From the NCBI RefSeq assembly GCF_009914755.1, contig NC_060936.1: a stretch of DNA of 64,000 nucleotides, one strand, 5' to 3'. Numbering within the stretch: position 1 is the stretch's first letter; every line of letters begins with the position of its first letter. Under the pieces are notes generated by a model, which did no database searches, had not been told where the DNA came from, and worked only from the letters and a program-made list of their open reading frames with translations. Origin of the DNA: the human T2T-CHM13v2.0 reference genome, Homo sapiens. The translations under genes were made by a program, and so were the position numbers. This document shows positions 37,662 through 64,000 of the stretch, piece by piece.

Positions 37662-37938
37662 AACAATATTTCTATATAATCAGCAATAACCAGAATGGAA
37701 AGTATAATTTTAAAAATTCAGTTTAATTAAATTCAGTTTACCTGTTATGGATGGTAACTGAATTTTACTGAATTACTGAATTTTTAAAATTATACTTTCC
37801 ATTCTGATTGTTGCTGATTTTTAAAATTCAGTTTAATTAAATTTAGTTTACCTGTTTCTATCTGGTAACAGATAAAATTATACCTGTTAAAATTATACTT
37901 TCCATTGTGATTATTGCTGATTATATAGAAATAATGTT
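37662..37938. repeat. Complex nested inverted and direct repeat
   Basis: 37662-37722 is inverted at 37775-37819 and 37887-37938; 37708-37746 is repeated directly at 37818-37856. Confidence 0.85.
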
Positions 37939-38237
37939 GGCATGTATTGATTTTAGATCCAACAACTATGCTAAACTTTTATTAGTTCTAACAATTATCT
38001 AGATGTCCTTTGAGTTTTTTAAATTAACATTTGCAAATAGTGGCAATTTTTGTCCTTTCTGATCCTTACAACTTTTTAAAAATTTCTTGTATTTCTGTGC
38101 TAGCTAGCACCTATAGAACAATGTTGAAGGGAACTGATAGTGAATCTTGTCTTAACCCTGATTTAAAGATTTTTTTTTTAACATTTCACTGTTTAGTGGC
38201 TTTTTTTTTGTAAATGGCCTTTATCAGTTTAAGAAAG

Positions 38238-38531
38238 TTTTTTGTTTTTTGGTTTGGTTTTTTGTTTCTGTTAATCCAGGCTGGAGTGCATGGCATGATC
38301 ACAGCTCACTGCAGCCTTGATCTGCTGGGCTCAAGTGATCCTCCTGCCTCAGTATCCCAAGTAGCTGGGACTACAGGCATGTGCCACCATGCCCAGCTTA
38401 TGTTTAAATTTTTTGTAAAGGTGAGGTCTCATTATGTTGCTCAGGCTAGTCTCCAGTTCCTGGGCTCAAGCAATCCTCCTGCCTCAGCCTTCCAAAGTGC
38501 TAAGATGGCCAGTGCTGCACTGCACCTGGCC
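38238..38531 (-). mobile_element. AluJ-like
   Basis: Diverged dimer. Confidence 0.85.
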
Positions 38532-38577
38532 AAGGAAGTTATCCTCTTTATCTAGTTTGCCAATAGTTGTATTATGA

Positions 38578-38885
<308 letters not shown>

Positions 38886-39079
38886 TGGATATTGAATTTT
38901 ATTCAAGGCTTTTTTTCTGTCTCTCCTTTAATGTGTTAATATATAAATTATGGTAACTGACTTTTTAATATTAAACCAGCCTTTAATTCCAATTATAAAC
39001 CCAACTTGGTCATGGGGTGTGTGTTTTAATATTTTGCTGGACTCAATTTGCCGATATTTTGTTTAGTTTTGGTCCTATA

Positions 39080-39427
<348 letters not shown>

Positions 39428-39479
39428 TCATGTCCTATCATTGTCTGATTTTGGTATCAACATTATACTAGCCTCATGA

Positions 39480-39914
<435 letters not shown>

Positions 39915-40966
39915 TCTTTTCAGTTTATTATTTTTTTCTAGGGATTTATCCATTTCATCTTAGTTTAAGATTTTTCCTATATGAAGTTGTCTATATTATT
40001 CTTGTATCATTTTAGTCTCCACAGCATCTGTTAGTTGACCTTCATTCCTGTTTATTTGTGCTTTCTCATTTTTCTTGGTTAATCCTTCAAGAGGTTTAAA
40101 TGTTTAACACATTAGTTTCTTTAAAAGCGTATTTCCAAATGTCAGGGATAGGTTATAGTAGCTTGTCTAAATCCCTGCTTTCATGATACACTTTAAAAAT
40201 GCATTATTCAATTAATTTGCTGATAGTTCACATTATTTTATGTTATAAAGCATTTGGGGGTTTTTAACTGGGAGTTGTTAGGTTATCTAGGCTGTCTTAC
40301 TCTTGGAACTGAAGTCTGGATTAATAGTTTGCCCATATTTATGTGAGTAGAATACATGGTACTTCCAAGATGTCTGGTTCTCTCTGTACAGTTCTGTAAG
40401 ATAGCACTTTTACGGTGTGGAGACTGCTACTTGCAAGGTTGGGAATGTGCAGAAAGAAACTATTTTTTAAAGATAGACTCTTCCTCCAAAGTAAGGAATG
40501 GCTCTGCCATTTCCTTAAATGTCCCAAACATTGTTCTTTGATTAATGATTGCTTTGATCTGAAAAAAGAATTTGGATTTGGTTTCTTGTAAACCTAATAT
40601 TGGGGATTATATATGCATGAATGAGCCTCCTTGGCATACCTGTCCTGGCTGAAAGGCACTTTCTGTTATGACTTTTCCTTGCCCAGTAACCTGTTTTCAA
40701 CAACTGCCTAGTGTTCAAAGTTCAGAAATATCTTTCATTCAGATGTACTCTGAAATTGAGCCCTGGAAAACAGTTGCAAAAGTATGACACAAACCTGTTA
40801 CTGCTTGCTTTTAGAGGACAATCAAGGAAGATCTAAATTATACCTTAAAAGAGGCAAGAATTTATGCCATGGATCAGAATTTTATAATCTCAGTATATTT
40901 TTGTGGAAGAAAAAAGAATTACCTATTAACGTAATTTGCTCCCCTAAAACTAGTACATGGCCTTTA

Positions 40967-41332
<366 letters not shown>

Positions 41333-43113
41333 TTAATTTTGGTAAAGGAGTTCTTATAATAAGTTGTCTTGCACAGGTATCCCTTTAATATGCAGTGGAA
41401 AAAGAAACAGTCTGGAGTAAGATCAGGGAAAACTGTAACTTTACTATTAGGCAAGTGTCTCTCTTTAAAGGCAATGGCCAGAAGCCAGAGAAATGAATCC
41501 ATGCCAGTGCCATCTGTGGCCCAAGATTTGAAGGGATTCTGCCTTATGGTTTCACAAATCCTTAAAATCAGGTACAAAAAGCAGCAGTCTTGAAACAAAT
41601 TTCTAAGGGGCTGTACAGCAGCCAGTATAAAAGGCTGTATTACACATCTCCTCAGTTTTGGGTGGTGCTGTTTGTTTTCTGTTTTTGGTGATTAGTACAA
41701 AGGTTTTACAAATGTTTGAGGACCTTTTCTGATGAAGTTAAGACCTGAAGAATGAGTGGGACTAGGCAGAGGGAAGTCTATGTGTTTAAGGTCATGGCAG
41801 GTGGGTGGGGGAGGCAAAGAACTTGGCATAAGGAGCCTAGACGAGATCAGGGGTGACTGGAGCTCCCCAGTCAAGAGAGAGCTAAACTTGGTGAAGTAAC
41901 ATTTCTAGCTCTAAAAGAAAACATAAATTAAAACTGAATATTTTTCAGGCAGTGTAGTATAGTTCCTTAAAAAACAAAGTTAGAGTTCCATTTTTTAACT
42001 CACAAGCACATTATATGACTTAATAGGAGTTTAAGGTCAATATATACAAATTATTAACTTATGTAAATTAATTTATCAGCTGCCTAATTCAGGGAAACCA
42101 AAAAATACATTTAAAATAGACTAGTAAAATAGATTTCACCCAGTATCACTTTCTTTTGAAGCCCTCTAAGAAGCTGCCTAATTATTACTTATTTGAATGA
42201 CTTAAAGTGTATTTTATCACATAAAGCAACAAACATCATCTTGTTTATATTGTTGATAAAATAACAATTTTCCTTAAGAGAAAATATTTTTTAAAAATCT
42301 TGCATTGCAAGATTTCATTCTTAGCAAATGGGAGAAACTATTCTTTCCACTTTTCATGCCTAATTTCTACTGCTGTAGAAGTCCTTTTAATTGGGCCCTC
42401 ATAACTATATTCAATTAGAATTATTAAAGTTAATTGGTACTCCTTTAACTCACTAAGACAACCCAGAAAACAGGCAATAAGGCATGTTTTTGAAGAAAGG
42501 AAAACACTGCACACATAATACAGTGTAGGAGGGGAAAAAAAATACAAATAGCTTCAAACACTGTCATATCTAAGTATGTGACATTTGGAAGGCAGCATTT
42601 AAAAAACAATCCTCATTGGACTCAAGAGGATTTTAAAGCATCTCCGTTAGAGTGAGGTAGTGAGGGGATAGATAGAAGCTATCTAAGATAGAAGCTACCT
42701 AAGTCCCCTTCTACTACCTGGAACTCACTCACGGAAACCCATTTCTCTCTTAGATACTCAAGAAAGCAATGTTTACAAAATTATAAAAAACATTTTTATG
42801 ATAGGTTAACATGGGAGCTTGCATACATAAGAAGTTCCAGAGGAGAAAACATGACATTCAGTTAAATGCAACATGGGCCAAGGAAGACAGAGACCCCAGC
42901 TCTGACAAGCATAAATTAGGATATTATGCACCTGACACATTCAGAATGTCCATTTTCTTTCCCATCAGAGTATGAAGTCCAACAATGAAGTCAATACATA
43001 AAAAAGGTGACCTGATTTTACCTGGTGTAAAATTTTAGTTAGCACTACTAGCAAATTATGAAGTTTGGAAATTTGTTGTAGTATATACTAATTTAAAATT
43101 TACTCAAATTCCT

Positions 43114-43404
43114 GTTTGTTTGAGACAAGAGTCTTGCTGTGTCACCCAGGCTGGAGTGCAGTGGCGCGATCTCGGCTCACTTTAGGCTCTGCCTCCCAGG
43201 TTCAAGGGATAATGCCTCAGCCACCAGGGAGTAAGGGACTACAGGTGTGCACCACCACACCCTGCTAATTTTGTATTTTTTGTAGAGACGGGGGGTTCTC
43301 CATGTTGGCCAGGCTGGTCTCAAACTCCTGACCTCAAAGTGATCTGCCTGCCTTGGCCTCCCAAAGTGCTGGAATTATAGGCATGAGACACCCCATACCT
43401 GGCC
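43114..43404 (-). mobile_element. AluS-like, sense relative to NFYB
   Basis: TSD tcaaattcct on both sides. Confidence 0.9.
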
Positions 43405-43559
43405 TCAAATTCCTTTTTTATCTTCATTCTCTACTTGAACAAATATTAATCTTTAAAATAATTTTAGAGACAGTATCTGATAATCAAAGACCAAGTGCTT
43501 TTATCAGTTATATAGTGACACACTGCTTGGATCAAGTGGAAAATATCTCAAAAATACAC

Positions 43560-43950
43560 TCATAACGAAGTATCAAAAGCCTTAAAATTTTGCATATTTG
43601 GTAACCCAGCAATTCAAAGAATTTAAGAAAACAGTCATGGATGTACATGGGATTCAGTGAAGTGCTGTTTATAACTGTGAAAAGATGTAAATAGTCAAAA
43701 TATCCAATAGAAGATTAAATGAATTATGATTGAGTCATACAGCAGAATAATAAACCAATAAAAATGATGCAGAAGACTATGCATGACCTGGAAAAGATGT
43801 TCCCAATATATTGTTAAGTGAAAAAAGCAGGTTACAAAATGGTATGCACAATATGAGCCCATTTTTATAAAAATATACATATTTAGCAAAGTAAAAGGAC
43901 AAATGATATTTATCAAAATATTAACATTGGTTCTTTCAACATAGTAGGAT
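43560..43950 (+). mobile_element. L1ME-like 3' fragment
   Basis: atatattgttaagtgaaaaaagcaggttacaaaa motif. Confidence 0.55.
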
Positions 43951-45431
43951 GACTGTTGATTTTGCTTAACTACTCCCCCATTTTTTCCTATTTGAATTTA
44001 CTACAATGAAGTTTGTTTTTTAAATGGAGAGTAGGAGATGAGGACATTATTAACCTCTGATTAGCCCACATATACTCCTAAAGGCTCCTTCTGGCAAAGT
44101 AAATGTTTCTGTTCAGCCTATATCTGGGAAATTGCTTCTACCTTATAAATTTGAGTGTCCTTCAAAGATGATATTCACTCCAACTTCCTTTTAGGCAAAC
44201 TATACAATAGCAATTTTTGATATTAAAAACTTAAAAAAGAAATCCCTCAAGTTAATTAACACCAAAAAGAATAGATGAGAAAATACAAATCCTCACTTTT
44301 CAAAAAGAAACAATCCAAGTACATACTACTAAATTATACAAAGTTACATTATTTACGTTTAGTTTATTGCAGAGATGAAGACAGCATACTAGAAGTTGGC
44401 TTCTATTTCACACCGTTCACAGCACTCACTCTGTTCTCCATTTCATCCACTCACCCATGCAAAAGGTCTGTACACGCAATGATGTCTGATGTTTCTTGGT
44501 TTCCATAGTGTAACAGGAAACTTGACATTTCAATTAAAAAGGTAAAATGAAGACATTTACCATCAGACTATAAAACTCCTCTTCTGTAAGAGAATACTAT
44601 AGTACTTGAAGATATGATTTGAAAAAAAATCATGTACCAAATGAAAGGGGCACCATTTCAAGAGCACTAGGACTACATTAAACTTAAATATATTCCCACA
44701 TTCTTAAAAATGTAACTCAAAACCAAATCTAGTCTTAAAAAAGCTCCAGTAACTAAAACTACATTAACAGGCACGATGAACAGTGTAAACACTGTTAATG
44801 GGCACCAAGTTTAACAGGGCAGACAATATTTGCTTCTGCATTCACACTTATTCAATTACATTTTTTAAAAAAATGATGCTGCTTAAACTATTAATGTTTT
44901 ACCAAAAAAATAATAATTTTAATAAATACAGCAAATGCTAGAAATCTAGCTAGGTTATCATGCAAGGTATAACCAAGACAAACTCAAATTTATAATAAAG
45001 GCAACTTGCATTCAAAATGAACTCTACCCTTATATTTTATTAAAAGGGCAAACATCATGAATTAACCCAGCCGCTTACTTGAATTACAAAAGTAACATGA
45101 TTCAATATGAAAATAAGAAACTGTCTACAAATCTCTGACAGTAATAAATTGCAATATACAATGCATACAGGAGTCATACAGAGCAACAAACTCTCGTACA
45201 AAACAAAAATATTTTAATACCTTTAAAATCCAAATTTTTCTTTAAAATCATTCATGAAAAAGATTCTCAAGTCAGAATTAACACCTCAATTAGTCAAGCA
45301 TCAGGAAGCTACATTACAGCTATTAATATACAAAGATACATCTTTTCACCAGTCTTTCCTTCTGATGTCTCTGTTCCAGAATCATACAGACTCTCATTTC
45401 TCTACACTCCCCATTCCATCATTTCTTCAGA

Positions 45432-61145
<15,714 letters not shown>

Positions 61146-61151
<6 letters not shown>

Positions 61152-61230
61152 GAAATACTGTCAGAACCGTGTTGTCAGTGGTGCTGAAGAACACCTATCT
61201 AAAAAGGTGTCTAATCTTTGTGATTTCAAC
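61146..61230 (-). CDS. NFYB: NFYB exon 2 (5'UTR plus first two codons, Met-Thr at 61146-61151)
   Basis: ttttag|GTTGAA...TTCATGACA|gtaagt on the minus strand; 85 nt. Confidence 0.88.
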
Positions 61231-63815
61231 CTAAAAGATAAACATCTATTAGGACCTAACATCTATCAGTAGTAAAAATACATCAAATGTATCACTTATA
61301 GGCTTTTTTTCTCATAAAATTAAAGAGGGCTTGTATAATTTTGACTACTATTCTTAATCAATGGAGTACATGGTATAAAATAGTATAAAAAGGCACCCAA
61401 TAAATGTTTGTTGACTTGAAAGATTTATTTTGGAGAACTTAAAAACAAGTTAATTCCATGGGGAAAGGAGAAAATGGATTTTCCAACATAACCCTGAATT
61501 TAGCCATATTCATCATAAACATTCATTACAATACACCAAAAAGGGACCAAATTATATAATATGCAAGAGACCAAAAATTATACATCTAAATTACTTAAAA
61601 CATTAACACTCAAGATGCAAACACACCCCTTATCATCTTAATTTTTTGGTGATGGTTTTCTTAAATGTTTCAGAGTAACATTTAGGCATTCTATAGCTCA
61701 AGAGGAGGAAAAAATTATCTGAGAATATAATGCTTTTCAATTAAGAATCTCAGATTATACTGTAATGAAGATACATTCTGCACTGAGAAGATATCAAAAA
61801 AGCAACACAATCAAGACCCTTATTTATAATTTTGAAGCACCACCATTTTTGACTAAAATTGCATCGAAATAGCACTTCAGTCTCACTGTAAGGCATAAAT
61901 AGCTGAACAAATTAGTACCAATTGCTGTGTTACAAGTTTCATTTCTCATTTGCTCCATTCTTTCTCAAAGGAAACAATTAAATGGGGGAGGGGTAGGATG
62001 CCAAAACAAAAACACATCCTTTCAGTGTTAATTTTAAAGGGAGAAGATATACTGATACGCATCCAAGCATGAAATCTAGCAAATAGCAGAAAAAATTGTA
62101 GCCACTGAATTGAAAGTTTTTAATGCCACTAAAAAGGTCCAGGTAGCAAAAACTGCTTGACGTTTGCTATAATATTAAAAGTAATTTATAATTTCTTTTC
62201 AAATATTAATAGTATCCTCTAACCCCAAAACTGCTCAGAAAAGTCCTTCCTTGTAACGAGAAATGTTATTTTTTAAAGAGTGTCTTTGAAAAAATAAGCC
62301 CTCAGAACACTTAAAACATGGGAGCTATATTTATGTATTTTGCTTGGAATGGGAGAGGGGGGTGTGGGCAGGGAGTCATACCACACCACACTCACTCACC
62401 CAAATAGTTGATTCAGTATATATTTAGACTCAGTACATTAAAGAAAAACACTGTCACCTCATATGGTATATATTTTCTTAAGGGCAGGTTGATATATGTA
62501 AAAGCTCAAGGGAATGCATACATCTGTTTAATGTTTTAAGAAATGCAAATTTGTATCCAAGAAAAGCAGTAGTCCCTTCCTCCACCCTCCATTCTTTGGC
62601 ATCAACAACCAGAGTTTTGCATCAATATACAGTAATCCTTAAATTAAGATACAAGAGCAATGCAGGGAAGGAATAATTTGCCTTTTAAGGAATTTTGGTT
62701 AAACTTTCAATACTTTACAAATAAAACCCCCACTGATTAGTGCCACTGATATTGATCCGTTTGCTTTCATCACTTTATGTTGCTGATTAGTTTCCATACT
62801 AAGAGAGATGAAACCACCCCAGTGATTTGTAGCACGAACCACGCAACTATGGGGTCCATGCGGGTTAGTGGGATGCCATTTTTTTAAAGGTCGCAGGCTA
62901 CCTAACCTTGTTTAAATTATCCTGTTAGAGTGCTCTGGGCGAGATTACGATTTGTGGGTGCTCTGTAATTCTTTGTTCTCTAAGACTACCGTTCTTTAAG
63001 GCCCTGCATATCCTCCCGCCTCCCACCACTAATGATTAAAACCTTAGTCCAATCCGAAGGGCTTCCTTCCCACCTTCGGGGCAAGTACAGGGACCGCAAG
63101 CCGCCAGATGGCTGCATTCTTTACGCGCAAACCAGGCTGCGGGGAAGCTAAAGCCATGCCTTCCTCCCCACGCAGGTGCCTGGGTGGCCCCGGCCCCACG
63201 GCCTGGTCCCGGCGACCTGTCAGCCCTGCGAGTGCCAGGAGGCCGCCCCCAGAGCGCATCCCCTGACTCGCCCGGCCGCCCCGGCCCCGCGCCCAACGCC
63301 TGCCTCCCACCCGCCGCGCGGCCCCCGGGATGTGCGGGCAGACAAAGCGCCGGGCCCCGCCACAGCCCCGCGGGCGGGAGGAGGGCGCCCCCGGGGACTC
63401 GCGCCGCCGCCGGGGCTACGGGGCCAGGGCCCGGGCCGCGTCTCCCGCCCCTCGGCCGGCTCCCCGCACAAAATGGAGCCGGCCCGGGACGCCGTCGAGA
63501 GCGGGGCCCCGACGCAGCCCCGCGGCCCCTCCTCGGCCCCGGGCCCGGAGCTCAACGGCGGCGAGGGTGAGGTGGCCTGGCCCGCGTCCCGCCGCTCCTC
63601 AGCCCGGCGCACAAAGAGCCGCGCCGCGGCCCCGCGCCCGCTCCCCGGCCCGGCCCGCTGCGGGAGCGGCCTCGCAGGCGCGGGGCCCGGCCTCGGCCCG
63701 CGCGGGAGGGCGGGAGGCTAGTGCCCCCGGCCGCGGCGGCGTTGGCGGCGGGGACGGCGCCGGGAGGAGACGGACATTTCATTCGAGCTAAAGTGGAGTC
63801 GGTTTAGGAGCGATC

Positions 63816-63873
63816 ATTGGCCGAAGCGAGACACAAACCTCCAATGCAGCCCTGGTTGGCTCCCGTCTCCAAT
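63816..63873. promoter_or_regulatory. Cluster of three CCAAT pentamers
   Basis: ATTGG 63816-63820, CCAAT 63841-63845, CCAAT 63869-63873. Confidence 0.6.
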
Positions 63874-63910
63874 CGGCTGTTTGGTTGGACAGAAAATGGC
63901 TGCGAAGGAA
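63839..63910 (-). other. NFYB: NFYB non-coding exon 1 (5' end approximate)
   Basis: Minus-strand donor TTGGAG|gtttgt at 63839/63838 inside the CpG island; YY1-type GCCATTTT near 63893-63900. Confidence 0.7.
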
Positions 63911-64000
63911 CCAGTCCCAGCGCGGAGCTCCGCTTCCAGGACTCGGCCTCCCCTCCCTCCGCCGCGGGCCGCTTCCCTCGGCGCGACACCCTCCCTCCGC

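Larger units (their letters stand above)
42780..45431 (-). other. NFYB: NFYB 3'UTR (distal end uncertain)
   Basis: Follows the stop codon; minus-strand AATAAA at 45036-45041 and 44363-44368, variant CATAAA at 42795-42800. Confidence 0.55.
63060..64000. promoter_or_regulatory. NFYB: CpG island covering the NFYB promoter, exon 1 and start of intron 1
   Basis: Abrupt shift to very GC- and CpG-rich sequence; CCAAT and YY1-like motifs. Confidence 0.92.

Noticed and set aside
41626-41633. Perfect TATAAAAG box in intergenic DNA
   Set aside because: A single 8-mer in AT-rich sequence with no supporting promoter or exon structure.
63036-63989. Overlapping 60-181 aa ORFs on both strands in the CpG island
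   Set aside because: Stop codons are scarce in very GC-rich DNA; products are Pro/Ala/Gly/Arg low-complexity with no recognisable domain, and many start at non-ATG codons.

Overview
Primate (human-like) genomic DNA, rich in Alu repeats, with two convergent protein-coding genes. On the + strand are the last 12 coding exons of HCFC2 (host cell factor C2; Kelch repeats, S/T-rich linker, split FN3 domains), 5137-28965, all GT-AG and phase-consistent (1906 coding nt in the window), with a ~3.25 kb 3'UTR ending near AATAAA 32191. On the - strand is the complete NFYB gene (NF-Y subunit beta): non-coding exon 1 in a CpG island at the right edge and 7 coding exons giving 207 aa (624 nt). A strong CTCF motif lies between the two 3' ends. 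The most notable observations are: (1) an apparently unmutated, tail-less 5S rRNA retrocopy (nt 1-90) inserted into the target-site duplication of an older arm-fused Alu in NFYB intron 4, giving a triple TSD and a 5S-Alu-polyA-T6 unit shaped like a Pol III composite SINE; (2) a candidate hidden terminal intron in HCFC2 that would swap the C-terminus GNNKKAPLN for a basic DPNKRKEAKTL; (3) several candidate splice switches in HCFC2; (4) local non-TE duplications and template-switch scars; (5) clustered CCAAT boxes and a mirrored candidate alternative first exon in NFYB. Exon numbers assume the usual 15-exon HCFC2 and 8-exon NFYB structures. Repeat family and subfamily calls were made by eye and their ends are approximate.
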